This document shows, piece by piece, positions 19,541 through 30,794 of a stretch of 64,000 nt of DNA. The notes beneath the pieces were generated by a model. It was given only the letters and a program-made list of their open reading frames with translations. It had not been told where the DNA came from and did no database searches. This DNA is from a virus: the IMG/VR virus record IMGVR_UViG_3300020470_003365, positions 3,622 through 67,621 of that record. The stretch is one strand, 5' to 3'. The number at the start of each line of letters is the position of its first letter. Position 1 is the first letter of the stretch. The position numbers and the translations under genes were made by a program.

Positions 19541-22500
19541 ATGGGTCTTTCCAGGTTAGATAATTTTCTAAAGTCAGCGAGAGGGACGATTCTCTATGTT
19601 AACCCTAATGATTTAGATGCAACTGATAGTATTGAAAATCAGGGAAACTCATTGACCCGTCCTTTTAAAACTATTCAACGTGCATTAATTGAATCTGCAA
19701 GGTTTTCATATCAGAAGGGTTTAGAAAATGATCGTTTCGCAAAAACGACTATATTAATATATCCAGGCGATCATGTGATCGATAATAGACCTGGTTATAT
19801 ACCAATTGCTGCAAATCAGTATCGTTTGCGTAATGGGTCAACAACAAATAATTTACCTCCATTTGATTTAACATCGAATTTTGATCTTTCTACATCAGAC
19901 AATGAATTATACAAACTTAATAGTGTTCATGGTGGTGTAATTGTTCCAAGAGGAACTTCACTTGTTGGACTAGATTTAAGAAAGACAAAGATAAGACCAA
20001 GATATGTTCCAAATCCAACAAATGATGATATAGAGAGATCTGCTCTATTCAGAGTTACTGGTGGTTGCTATTTCTGGCAATTTTCAATGTTTGATGCTGA
20101 TCCTAATGGTCAGTGTTTTAAGGATTATAGTGAAAACCTCTTTGTTCCTAATTTTTCACATCATAAGCTAACTTGTTTTGAATATGCAGATGGTGTTAAT
20201 AATGTAAAAATCAATGATTCCTTCATTAGTGGTACTGATGGAGAATTTGATAGAACAGACCTTCAAATGTATTATGAAAAGGTTGGTCTAGTTTATGGTG
20301 CTTCTTCTGGTCGTGCTATTGAGCCAGATTATCCAAGTTCTGGTCTTGACATTCAACCAAAAATTGATGAATATCGCATAGTTGGGTCTCAAGGTAAAAC
20401 TGTTGGTATTTCTAGTATCTTCTCTGGAGATAGTGTAATTGCAAATACAACTGTTACCGTTTCTACCAATACTCCTGTTCCAGAATTGCAGGTAGATACT
20501 CCATTCAGTATTAAGGATGTTGGAGTAGATGAATATAATGGTCAATTTGTTGTATCTGAGGTTATTAATCCTAGTAAGATTAAATATCAAGTACAGAATG
20601 CCCCAATTGTTGCAAATCCAAGTTCTGCAGGTTCTGAATTAAGTTTAACTGCAAATACTGTTACATCTGCATCTCCATATATTTTCAATGTATCTTTAAG
20701 ATCTGTATTTGGTACATGTGGACTTCTTGCTGATGGTAAGAAAGCAACTGGATTTAAATCTATGGTGGTTGCTCAATTTACTGGTATTGGTTTACAAAAG
20801 GATGATAATGCATTTGTATTATATAATACAACTAATGGTGAATATGATGATAGTACAGCAGTAACTTCTGTTTTAAGTAATAATTCAAAGGCAATCTATA
20901 AACCTTCTTATAGAAACTTCCATATTAGAGTAACTAATGATGCCTTTATTCAGGCCGTTTCTATATTTGCTATTGGTTATGCAGAGCATTTTTCATCTCA
21001 GAATGGTGCTGATATAAGTCTTACAAACTCTAACTCTAATTTTGGTTCTAAGTCATTATCTGCATCTGGATTTAAGAAGGATGCATTTACCCAAGATGAT
21101 AAGGGTTATATAACTCATATTATTCCACCAAAACAATTACCTCTTTCTGAAGTATCTGTAGAGGTTGAATCTTTAGATGTTCAGAAAACTGCTGTTGGTG
21201 TTGCATCTACAGGTAATCTTTACTTATATGGTAAGACTAATCCAGATACCCCACCCGAAAATGTTATTGAAGGATATAGAGTTGGTGCAAGAAAGAATGA
21301 TGATCTTAAGGTTCTAATTTCTGATGCTGGTGCAGTAACAGAGAAGAAAGCAAGAATTGTTATGGCTGGATCTCAGTCTAGTTCTGAGAAATCTTTTGAT
21401 GTTGCTAGAACTGCAACAGGTAATACAATTACAAATAACGTAATTCGTTTAGATGCTGCTCATGACTTTATTAATGGAGAATCCGTTAGAGTTATTAGTG
21501 ATAATGGACATCTTCCTGATGGTTTAGATGCGAATACCTTATACTATGTAATTACAACTGGTAGTGGTATTAATACAAATACTGATGTTAAATTATCTAA
21601 GACATTAAGTGATGCACTAATCACAACTGCTGGACAAGAACTAACAATCAATAACCGTGGTGGTTCTTTAAAGGTTGTAAGTAGAGTATCTGATAAGAAT
21701 TCTGGTGAGTTAGGTCACCCAATTCAGTTTGATACTACAAATAGTCAGTGGTATGTAAATGTTTCTACCACTCCAAGTGAGAATACCATTTATCCAAGTC
21801 TTGTAAGCTTAGGAACAACTGTTCTTGGTAGTGCAACTCCTAGAACATTTATTACTAGAATACCTGATGCAAGAAATGCTGATGACACCATTTATCGTGC
21901 AAGATATGTAATTCCAAAGGATGCAGGAACCGCAAGACCACCAAGTGATGGATTTATTCTTCAGGAATCAAATACTGGTATTGGTGCAACTGATGCAGAA
22001 GTTCAATCATACTTCGGATCAGGAACTCTTACGAATGAAAATCAATTAAGGAATTTTAGAATTGTTGCTGATGCAAATTGGAGTGGAACAGAAGTTTCCG
22101 TTCAGACTGAATTACCACACAATTTAACGGTTGGTTCTGAAGTTGAACTTGTTAATGTTAAGAGTACAACTAATACAACTGGTGTAGGTAACTCTGGATT
22201 TAACAGAACATTTGCCGTTACTGGTATTAGTAGTGCAAAGAACTTTACTGTAGGATTAACAACAGATCCAGGTACATTTACAAGTGATGTTACTTCAAGA
22301 ACAGTATCACTACCATACTTTAAGAGAAAGAGATTTAAGGATACTTATTATATTCAAGGAAGTCATGAAGCTCAGAAATTTATTGCAGGAAGTCAGGATG
22401 GTATCTACTACTTAACAGTGGTAAATGCTTCAAACTCTCCTACTATATCTGAGTTTGCTGGTGATAAGTATTCACAACCTGTTAAGGAACTATTCCCACA

Positions 22501-25408
22501 AACAAATAGGGATAATCCAGTATCTGATCCAGAAGAGACAAAATCATTTGCCGTTCCTGATATGATCGGTAAAGTTGTTGTTAATGATGTTCAGAAGAGT
22601 GTAACAAAAGAAACTCTTACCAAATTCAATAGGGATGTTGATACAGGTATTGCACTTACTAATATTGTTTCAAGTACAACAGGTATTGCACATACTCTTC
22701 ATTCAAGTGTAGATCATGGATTAAATAAGGCAACACTTGTAAGTATTGCAAATAGTGGAAATGGATATGGTATTGGATCTGCTGTTGAAGAAACATATTA
22801 TAATGCTAACTTAGTATCCATAGGTGCTTCTGTAACTGGTGTTAATGCTACTGCAAAAGTTACTGTTGCTCCAACAGGTGGTATTACTGCTATCGAATTG
22901 ATGGATGGTGGTAGTTCATTTAATGTTGGAAATACATTAGCAGTTGTTGGTATTGCAACTACAACTGGATATAGTCAAGCAACTGTTACTGTAAGTAAGG
23001 TATATGATAATACTGGTGACTCCATTAGGGTTGTTGGTGTATCATCTGCAACTTATGCTGGATACAATTCAACATATAGGATTACTGGTGTTGGTACACA
23101 GGGTAAAGAGATCTATGTAACATCTACGTCTGCTATTAGTGGAGTTTCTACCACTGGTATTGGAGCAACAGCAGCTGCAGGATCATATTCATACTTAACG
23201 GGAGAATCACTAAGAGTCAGTTCAATTGTTTATAACAATGTTGTTGGACTTGCAACAGTTACAACAGTAAATAATCATGGATTAAAAGTTGATAATAGAG
23301 TTGAATTTGTAGGTGCAGATCAGGCATTATATAATGATTCATTTGTTGTAACTGAGAATGTAGGATTATCTACTTTTGTTGTTAATATTGGTGTTAATGC
23401 ATCATCACCAGCAACAACAGGAACTATCTTTGCATATCGTGATGGTTATGCATCAAATGGTGGATTAATTACTGTTGACGATGAAAATCTAAATGGTCGT
23501 ATGATTCCATCTTATGCTGGAATTACAACTACATTGGCAGCTGCTGTTACAAATACAACAACAGAAACTGTAGCACTTAATGGTAGATCTGGTCTTGATA
23601 TAAGGAATGGTGATTACTTTACAATTGATGATGAGATTGTAAGAGTTAAGACCGCACCATCAGGAGTAGGTGATTCTGTAAGTGTATTCCGTGGAGTATT
23701 AGGTTCTAAGAGAGCTACTCATATTAGTGGTTCTTTAGTTAGAAGGATACATATTAATCCAATTGAACTTAGAAGACACTCTATTATTCGTGCATCTGGT
23801 CATACATTTGAATATGTTGGATATGGTCCAGGTAACTACTCAACTGCACTTCCTGACAAGCATGATAGGGAAATAACTCCTGAAGAGGAACTATTAGCAC
23901 AGTCAATCCGTAAGGATGGTGGTGTTAACTTCTATACTGGTATGAATGCTAAGGGTATATCATTCACTGGTAATAAGAAGTCAAGTAGTATTACAGGAAA
24001 AGAAGAAATCTTTGATACACCAGTTCAAACAGTAACTGGTGAGGATATTGGAAATCTTGAAGATCTTAATGTAACTCAGGCAACTGAAGGTGTATTCTCA
24101 AGATCAATTAGAGTTGAGGGTGGTCCTGATAACAAGGTAGCAACTGAGTTTAATGGTCCTATTATTGTTAACAATAAGTTGACTGTTAATTCTAGTGAAG
24201 GATTTGAGGCTAACTCATTATTCTTACAGGGTGATAAGACTGTATCTAGAAAGTATACTCTTTCTGGATCAACTCCTATTCTTGCAGGTAATCCTGGTGA
24301 TATCACATACTTCTCTGATCCATCACAAGGTGGATATGCTGGATGGATCTATAGTGTAGATAATGAGTGGAGAAGATTTGGTAGTGTTGGTCTTGCTAAG
24401 GATGCAAATATAAATGTATTCGATCAAGTAGGAATTGGAACTACCACACCTGGCACAAATACACTTCAAGTAGGTGCTGGAACATCTCTTATTGCAGTAA
24501 GTGGTGCTGGTGATGTTGGTTTTGGAGTAACCGCTAGTGGCTTTAAGTTTAATGTATCTGGTAATTCTAATATTACTGGTATATTAACTGCAACTAAATT
24601 TGTTGGTGATGGTTCTGGATTAACTGGAATCAATGCAGCAGCAACTGGATGGACTAATTATGTTGGTAGTGGATCATCTATAACATACAATACAAACTTA
24701 TCTAGTAACGGCCGAGTTGGTATAGGAAGTACAATTCCTAGTTTCCTTCTTGAGGTTGGTACTGTAGGAACAGGTGATACCACATTAAATGTGAATGGTC
24801 ATGCAAGATTTGTAGATCAAATTGATGCCAATACTGTAAATATTACTGGTATTCTTACATCAGTAAATTATAATTTACAAAGTGCAACTGGTAAGATAAC
24901 AGTTGGTGTTATTACCACAACTGATCTTAAGGTTGGGTCTGGATCAACTATTCTAGCAACATCTGCTGGTGGAATAGGTATCGGAATATTAAATGCAAGA
25001 GCTAATTTGGATGTTGAAGGTCATACAAGACTTAAGACTTATTCTGAAAATGTTGGAACACTTTCAGTTGATTCAAATGTAGCAACAATTGATTTGAGTA
25101 CTGCACAAACATTTGATTATACTTTATCTGATAATATTACAAGTTTCAAGGTAATTAATGCACCTGCAGGATCTTCATCCTTTGTTTTAAAAATAACTCA
25201 GGATGGTGCTGGATCTAGAACAGTTGGTATAGATACATTTGTAGATGGATCATCAACTACAGTACCAGTTTATTGGCCTGGAGGAGTAGCACCTATTGTC
25301 ACATCTACACCAAATAGAAGTGATATTATATCATTTAAGATTATAGATGGTTCTAATTTAGCCGCAAATGGATTATTTGGAGTTATTACTGGTCAAAATT
25401 TTAGTTAA
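19541..25408 (+). CDS. Very large virion structural / tail fibre attachment protein
   Basis: N-terminus MGLSRLDNFLK...LYVNPNDLDATDSIENQGNSLTRPFKTIQRAL typical of cyanomyophage structural proteins; H(G/N)L..G..V beta repeats; VGIGT repeats; C-terminal ITQD..G.RTV...WPGG.AP...D domain. Confidence 0.8.
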   Translation: MGLSRLDNFLKSARGTILYVNPNDLDATDSIENQGNSLTRPFKTIQRALIESARFSYQKGLENDRFAKTTILIYPGDHVIDNRPGYIPIAANQYRLRNGSTTNNLPPFDLTSNFDLSTSDNELYKLNSVHGGVIVPRGTSLVGLDLRKTKIRPRYVPNPTNDDIERSALFRVTGGCYFWQFSMFDADPNGQCFKDYSENLFVPNFSHHKLTCFEYADGVNNVKINDSFISGTDGEFDRTDLQMYYEKVGLVYGASSGRAIEPDYPSSGLDIQPKIDEYRIVGSQGKTVGISSIFSGDSVIANTTVTVSTNTPVPELQVDTPFSIKDVGVDEYNGQFVVSEVINPSKIKYQVQNAPIVANPSSAGSELSLTANTVTSASPYIFNVSLRSVFGTCGLLADGKKATGFKSMVVAQFTGIGLQKDDNAFVLYNTTNGEYDDSTAVTSVLSNNSKAIYKPSYRNFHIRVTNDAFIQAVSIFAIGYAEHFSSQNGADISLTNSNSNFGSKSLSASGFKKDAFTQDDKGYITHIIPPKQLPLSEVSVEVESLDVQKTAVGVASTGNLYLYGKTNPDTPPENVIEGYRVGARKNDDLKVLISDAGAVTEKKARIVMAGSQSSSEKSFDVARTATGNTITNNVIRLDAAHDFINGESVRVISDNGHLPDGLDANTLYYVITTGSGINTNTDVKLSKTLSDALITTAGQELTINNRGGSLKVVSRVSDKNSGELGHPIQFDTTNSQWYVNVSTTPSENTIYPSLVSLGTTVLGSATPRTFITRIPDARNADDTIYRARYVIPKDAGTARPPSDGFILQESNTGIGATDAEVQSYFGSGTLTNENQLRNFRIVADANWSGTEVSVQTELPHNLTVGSEVELVNVKSTTNTTGVGNSGFNRTFAVTGISSAKNFTVGLTTDPGTFTSDVTSRTVSLPYFKRKRFKDTYYIQGSHEAQKFIAGSQDGIYYLTVVNASNSPTISEFAGDKYSQPVKELFPQTNRDNPVSDPEETKSFAVPDMIGKVVVNDVQKSVTKETLTKFNRDVDTGIALTNIVSSTTGIAHTLHSSVDHGLNKATLVSIANSGNGYGIGSAVEETYYNANLVSIGASVTGVNATAKVTVAPTGGITAIELMDGGSSFNVGNTLAVVGIATTTGYSQATVTVSKVYDNTGDSIRVVGVSSATYAGYNSTYRITGVGTQGKEIYVTSTSAISGVSTTGIGATAAAGSYSYLTGESLRVSSIVYNNVVGLATVTTVNNHGLKVDNRVEFVGADQALYNDSFVVTENVGLSTFVVNIGVNASSPATTGTIFAYRDGYASNGGLITVDDENLNGRMIPSYAGITTTLAAAVTNTTTETVALNGRSGLDIRNGDYFTIDDEIVRVKTAPSGVGDSVSVFRGVLGSKRATHISGSLVRRIHINPIELRRHSIIRASGHTFEYVGYGPGNYSTALPDKHDREITPEEELLAQSIRKDGGVNFYTGMNAKGISFTGNKKSSSITGKEEIFDTPVQTVTGEDIGNLEDLNVTQATEGVFSRSIRVEGGPDNKVATEFNGPIIVNNKLTVNSSEGFEANSLFLQGDKTVSRKYTLSGSTPILAGNPGDITYFSDPSQGGYAGWIYSVDNEWRRFGSVGLAKDANINVFDQVGIGTTTPGTNTLQVGAGTSLIAVSGAGDVGFGVTASGFKFNVSGNSNITGILTATKFVGDGSGLTGINAAATGWTNYVGSGSSITYNTNLSSNGRVGIGSTIPSFLLEVGTVGTGDTTLNVNGHARFVDQIDANTVNITGILTSVNYNLQSATGKITVGVITTTDLKVGSGSTILATSAGGIGIGILNARANLDVEGHTRLKTYSENVGTLSVDSNVATIDLSTAQTFDYTLSDNITSFKVINAPAGSSSFVLKITQDGAGSRTVGIDTFVDGSSTTVPVYWPGGVAPIVTSTPNRSDIISFKIIDGSNLAANGLFGVITGQNFS

Positions 25409-25410
25409 TA

Positions 25411-27831
25411 ATGAATCAAATTTTTAGAAATAAGCAAACAGACTTGGATCTTAATGGTCCAAATCTGTCATTTACAACTAACCCATCAAATCAAAATGGT
25501 AATACAGGTGATAGTGTATCATTTGTAGGAATTGCGACAGCAACATTTCCTAATGCTGCTGATAATTCAGGATCAATTGATTATCAATGGTATGAAGTTG
25601 GTGTTGGTAAGTTAAGTGATGGTGGAAAATTAGCAGGAACTGCTACGACTACTTTGACTCTTAGTAATTTAGTAACACCAGGTGATAATGGAAGACAGTT
25701 TTATCTAGAGGCTGACTATACACCATCATATTATCAAACAGGAAATGCAATTAATGAACCTTTAAATTCTGGAATTGGTAGTGTCACTGTTGCCGATGTA
25801 ATTCAAATTACAACACAACCAATTCCAATTACAGGAATAACAACAACAAATAATACATTTAATGTTGTATCTAACGTAAATGGAGATACGCAAAATTTAT
25901 CATATCAATGGCAAGTGGATGGAACTAATGTAAGTGATGGGACAATTACAAAACAAAGTGTAGAAACTGTAGGTAGTAATGTAAGAGTAACAGAACAAAC
26001 ATTTACAACTGGATCATTTACTATACCTGCAAATGCTACTGATATTAGAATAGATCTTGGATCTGGTTGTGGTGGTCGTGGTGCGGATACTCATCTCAAT
26101 AGTGGTGGTGATGGTGGTGATGGAATGGCTGCATGGTTTACTATTCCATCAAGTTCATCTGCAAGAACAGTTTTTATTGAGGTTGGTAGGAATGGAAATG
26201 ATGGATTGGTAGGAACAGAAAGTATTGGTGGATTTGGTGGTGCTATTGATGGAAGTTCTTTGGCAGGAGGTAATGGTGCAAAATCTGGTTCTACAGGATT
26301 AAATGGATCTGGAGGTGGTGGCGGTGCTCCTACTACTGTAACAATTGATGGAACACTTGCAATTGTTCTAGGTGGTGGTGCTGGTGGTGGTGGAGCTAGT
26401 GAATCTGGTGCTGGAACTAATGGTGGTGATGCAGGTCCAACATCTGGAAGTGTAATTTTCTATGGTTTATCTGATAGTGATTCTTTTTCATCTGTGAATG
26501 GTGTATCTGCTGTTACATCAACTGGAGCTGGTGGAGGTGGAGGTGGAGCAGGAGCTTCGTTTACATATAATTCTACTACTTATGGTGCAGCTAATGCAGG
26601 AACTTCGGGATCATCTGCAACTGGTGGTGAGTATGGATTGAGTGCATATAAAACTAGTTTAGCAACTCTTGATGGTGGTTCTTATAATAGATATGAGAAG
26701 TTTCGTGGTGCTGGTTCTGGTTGGGCATTTCTTACATATACTACTACTTCAACTACAAACACAAATGATACTAAAACTACCACTGTAACTGGTGCTCAAA
26801 CTGCGTCTTTAACATTAAATACTGATAAGGTAGGTGTAGCATATACTGTTGGAGTTCAAATTACAGCAACTGCAAGTAATTCTCCATTAACATCTGATAT
26901 TGTTGGGTATAATGTAGTATCACAGTTTGATCAAGCTATTGTTAATATAGAGGCAATTGGAATTACAACTTCTGCTTCTCTTTCAACAATTAATTTGAGT
27001 AATGGTGAAATTACTTTTACTTCATCAGATACTAGAACAGATAATACAAATACTATAAGAGAATATGTATTATACTCTCCAGAGAGAGATATTGATGTTG
27101 AGATGGATATGTATGGTGGGAAGGGGTATGATAATTTTGTAAATGGAACATCTTTTGGTGGTCAAGGTGGATATGGTAGGATTAGATTTACTTTAGAAAA
27201 GAATGTTGAATATGTATTAACTGGAATATCTACTGCAATTGGTTCCCCTGCATTGTATAGAAAAGCATCTTTACTTGCTATTGTTGGTCAAGGTGGATCT
27301 GGTGGTCAGCAAGGTGGTGTAGGTGGAAGAGGAGGTGGACATAATATTGCTGGACAAAATGGTGGTGGTAATATAGGTGGTTCGGGTGGAACTACTTCTA
27401 CTCCAGGAGTAAATGGTAGTTTTGGTTCTATAATCAATGCTTCTTTACAAACAGGAGATTCTCAATCAGTTGCACCGAACGGTGGAATAATACTTTCTTG
27501 TCCAAAAGGTATTTACTGGGCTCAACAAGGTGTGACACAATGTAGTGATGTTGGTAATGTTCAATATAGATTATCTGATGGATCTATAGTTACTAATACT
27601 TCTTCTTCTATAACTAGAGGATATAAAACTGGATATAATATTATCGAAACTGCAGGAGCAGCAGTTGGTAATGGTGGTATTGGTGGTAATGGAGCGAATG
27701 GTGGTAATGGTGGATCTGGTCAAGGTGGTGGAGGAGGTGGTTCTGGATATGCTAGTGGTGTAACTATTGTTTCTTCGCAATTGGGTGGTAATCAATTTAA
27801 CGAACCTAGAGTAATACTTAGAGTTGTCTGA
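25411..27831 (+). CDS. Tail fibre/adhesin with Ig-like and glycine-rich domains
   Basis: Two Ig-like units (FTTNP...YQW, ITTQP...LSYQWQVDG) and two GGGGG-rich loop domains. Confidence 0.7.
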   Translation: MNQIFRNKQTDLDLNGPNLSFTTNPSNQNGNTGDSVSFVGIATATFPNAADNSGSIDYQWYEVGVGKLSDGGKLAGTATTTLTLSNLVTPGDNGRQFYLEADYTPSYYQTGNAINEPLNSGIGSVTVADVIQITTQPIPITGITTTNNTFNVVSNVNGDTQNLSYQWQVDGTNVSDGTITKQSVETVGSNVRVTEQTFTTGSFTIPANATDIRIDLGSGCGGRGADTHLNSGGDGGDGMAAWFTIPSSSSARTVFIEVGRNGNDGLVGTESIGGFGGAIDGSSLAGGNGAKSGSTGLNGSGGGGGAPTTVTIDGTLAIVLGGGAGGGGASESGAGTNGGDAGPTSGSVIFYGLSDSDSFSSVNGVSAVTSTGAGGGGGGAGASFTYNSTTYGAANAGTSGSSATGGEYGLSAYKTSLATLDGGSYNRYEKFRGAGSGWAFLTYTTTSTTNTNDTKTTTVTGAQTASLTLNTDKVGVAYTVGVQITATASNSPLTSDIVGYNVVSQFDQAIVNIEAIGITTSASLSTINLSNGEITFTSSDTRTDNTNTIREYVLYSPERDIDVEMDMYGGKGYDNFVNGTSFGGQGGYGRIRFTLEKNVEYVLTGISTAIGSPALYRKASLLAIVGQGGSGGQQGGVGGRGGGHNIAGQNGGGNIGGSGGTTSTPGVNGSFGSIINASLQTGDSQSVAPNGGIILSCPKGIYWAQQGVTQCSDVGNVQYRLSDGSIVTNTSSSITRGYKTGYNIIETAGAAVGNGGIGGNGANGGNGGSGQGGGGGGSGYASGVTIVSSQLGGNQFNEPRVILRVV

Positions 27832-27832
27832 C

Positions 27833-27840
27833 TATAAATA
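27833..27840 (+). promoter_or_regulatory. T4 late promoter TATAAATA
   Basis: Perfect consensus upstream of the 27876 fibre gene. Confidence 0.75.
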
Positions 27841-27875
27841 ATAAAAAAATAGGGGGAGAGTGAACCCGAAATAAC

Positions 27876-30788
27876 ATGGCTGTAAACAAGAATTTTGTAG
27901 TAAAGAATGGGTTAGAGGTAGGAACCGACCTTATTCTTGCTAATACTACTAACAGCAGAGTTGGTATAGGGACATCCTTACCAACAGATACCCTCCATGT
28001 GAACGGAGGAATCGCTGGTACAGATTTTGTTATTTCGGGTATAGCAACAATACCAACGTTGAATTCAACGACTGGTACGATTACTAACCTTTCTGCTACT
28101 ACCATTTCGATGGGTAGCACGGCAGTAATAAATTCCGCAAGACAGTTACAAAATATTGCATCATTAGATGCCACAACTACAGCAACTATTGAAGCTGCTA
28201 TCGAAGCAGGCCCAAATACGTTTGCTAATTTAAATATTACAGGTGTATCTACATTTGTTGGACTTGCTACATTTGGTAGTGGATTAGAAGTTCAATCTGG
28301 TGTATCCACATTTACAGGAGCAGTTGATATTAATGGTGGTATTACTGCTAATACACTTCAAGTAGAAGATTTAACTATTAATAAAGTAGTAACTGTTGGT
28401 GCTGGTGGAGAATTACAAGATAGTGCTAATTTAGGATTTGATGGATATACACTTACACCTGCTGGTGTGCTTGTTACAGGTGTAACTACTTCTACTGGAC
28501 TGATAGACGCTAATGGTGGACTTAGTGTTTCAGGAAATACTACTCTTGACTCAGCAGTTATTGGAGGAATTGGTACTTTCAATAGTGATGGTGCAAATAT
28601 ACTTGGTATTGTAACTGCAACTGCTTTCCACGGAGATATTTCTAATGCTACTGGTGTTAGTTCGTCTATTGTTGCATCTGTTGGTATTCAATCTGGTGGT
28701 GTAGTAGTTGGTGCAGGTATTACGGGACTTAACTTTGTTGGTGCTGGTAATTCTATACTTGTAAATGGATCTGATGCTGGTATAGTTGATATTAGTATTG
28801 CTGGTGGAGGCGGTGCTGGTGCTGCAACTAGTGTTGGTGGTAATGCTCCTGTTGATCCTGAATTGGGACAACTTTGGTATAATAATACAACTGCGAGAAC
28901 ATTTGTTTATTATGATGAGGTACAACTTGGTATAGGTGCTAGTTCATACTGGGTTGATGCTTCACCATTTGATATGCAAGGTCAGTTTATTGAGAAAACT
29001 GGCGATAATATGGGTGGAGCTCTTGGATTTGCAGCAGGAACAACAGGTAATCCAGGACTTTTTGTTAATGGTTCAACGAATACTGGTATATATTCTCCAG
29101 CTGCAAATGAATTTGGATTTGTTACATCAGGAGTAGAGAGAATTCGCATTAATGCGACTGGTACAAATATTGTAGGAACAACTACTGTTACTGGAAATAT
29201 TAATGCAGTAGACGGTGTATTCACTGGTAACGTCACTGTTGGGGGTACATTAACTAAGCAAGATGTAACCAATGTAGATTCTATTGGTGTTGTTACTGCA
29301 AGACAAGGTGTTTACTTTGGTAATGCTGGAGCAGGAACATTAATTCAAGGTACTTCAGGTGGTATAGGTATTAACTCTTCATCTCCAGTTGGTACTCTTG
29401 ATGTTACGACTACTGCTGGAACTGGTTCAACTGTATTCATTTATGCTGCTAATCATAATACAAGTGTTGCATCACAGGCAGAATTGAGATTTGGTTATGC
29501 ACACTCAGGTTCTCCTGAAGGTATTGGTTATATAAAATTAAAAGAAAATGGTACTAATGCTTTTGATGGAAATTTAACATTTGGTGTTCCTACTAATAAT
29601 GGGTCTGGTGGTAGTGTAACAAATGATGTTTTAACCATTAAGGGTAGTAACCAAAATGTTGGTATTGGAACTGATATTCCTCAAAATAGTTTGCACATCG
29701 AACAACCAGGTGGTGCAACAATAAGACTTACTAGATTAACAAATAATGCTTCTAATAATGCTCAAATTAGTTTCAGTGGAACTGATGTAAATTTCGCAAA
29801 TAATGGTGGAGCTAGTGGTAATATTAAATTTAGTAATAATGGTTCAGAAAAACTTCGTATAGGTGCATCAGGCCAACTTGGTATTGGTGGTGCTAACTAC
29901 GGAACAGCAGGGCAAGTACTTAAATCAGCAGGAAACTCTACAACTGTTACTTGGGGTGATGCAACTGTTGGTGTATCATCTGCAGGAACTTCAATAGGAA
30001 ATGCAACTGTACTAAACTTTATTGGTGCTGGTAATACATTTGCTGTTGATGGTTCTACGGTTGATATTAGTATCGCTGGTGGAGGCGGTGGTGGATCAGG
30101 TGACTTCAATACTGGATTGTCTGGGGAATTCCACGGAACTGCAGTTGGTATTGGTTCTACTGTATTCACATTCCCATCAACTGCTGGTAAGAAGTACATT
30201 CTTCGTTCACTTCTTGCTACTAACGTGGCCACAGCAAATACTGAAGTTAATGTAATTGGTGCATTTGACTTTAATGGAGGAGAAAGAAGTTATATGGGAT
30301 ATAACCTTCCAATTCCTGTAGGTATGGCTGCTGAATTACTACGTCAACCACAAGTTTTAAATCCATCAGATAAGATTCTACTTAGATCTACTGACATTGA
30401 TAGAAATGGTGTTGACAGTGTTGTTGAATATTATGGAACATATGAAACCCTTGATAGTGGAACTGATTATGTTGGAGTTGGATTGGGAGCTAATACATTG
30501 AATAATACAAATCTAAACACTCTATATACTTCAACTGGAGCACCAAGTGTATTACAATCTATTAGAATCGCTAATATAAGTGATGCTGGTCCTAAACCAA
30601 TTACTGTTCAGGTTGTTGATGGTGGAGAAACCATAAGACTTGTTGAGAATCTAATAATTCCAAAATATGGATCTGTTGAAATATTAGATAATCAGAAGAG
30701 AATTGCTTCTGGTGCGATTATTAAAGTACAATTGGATGAGGCAAGCACAATGGGTGTTCAATTATCTGCTAAGAAAATAACTGTTTGA
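27876..30788 (+). CDS. Tail fibre protein
   Basis: MAVNKNFVVKNGLEV start, VGIGT repeats, GVSTF repeats, P...G.LWY...YWVD module, ERIRI/EKLRI repeats, two C-terminal beta-sandwich domains. Confidence 0.8.
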   Translation: MAVNKNFVVKNGLEVGTDLILANTTNSRVGIGTSLPTDTLHVNGGIAGTDFVISGIATIPTLNSTTGTITNLSATTISMGSTAVINSARQLQNIASLDATTTATIEAAIEAGPNTFANLNITGVSTFVGLATFGSGLEVQSGVSTFTGAVDINGGITANTLQVEDLTINKVVTVGAGGELQDSANLGFDGYTLTPAGVLVTGVTTSTGLIDANGGLSVSGNTTLDSAVIGGIGTFNSDGANILGIVTATAFHGDISNATGVSSSIVASVGIQSGGVVVGAGITGLNFVGAGNSILVNGSDAGIVDISIAGGGGAGAATSVGGNAPVDPELGQLWYNNTTARTFVYYDEVQLGIGASSYWVDASPFDMQGQFIEKTGDNMGGALGFAAGTTGNPGLFVNGSTNTGIYSPAANEFGFVTSGVERIRINATGTNIVGTTTVTGNINAVDGVFTGNVTVGGTLTKQDVTNVDSIGVVTARQGVYFGNAGAGTLIQGTSGGIGINSSSPVGTLDVTTTAGTGSTVFIYAANHNTSVASQAELRFGYAHSGSPEGIGYIKLKENGTNAFDGNLTFGVPTNNGSGGSVTNDVLTIKGSNQNVGIGTDIPQNSLHIEQPGGATIRLTRLTNNASNNAQISFSGTDVNFANNGGASGNIKFSNNGSEKLRIGASGQLGIGGANYGTAGQVLKSAGNSTTVTWGDATVGVSSAGTSIGNATVLNFIGAGNTFAVDGSTVDISIAGGGGGGSGDFNTGLSGEFHGTAVGIGSTVFTFPSTAGKKYILRSLLATNVATANTEVNVIGAFDFNGGERSYMGYNLPIPVGMAAELLRQPQVLNPSDKILLRSTDIDRNGVDSVVEYYGTYETLDSGTDYVGVGLGANTLNNTNLNTLYTSTGAPSVLQSIRIANISDAGPKPITVQVVDGGETIRLVENLIIPKYGSVEILDNQKRIASGAIIKVQLDEASTMGVQLSAKKITV

Positions 30789-30794
30789 TAAATC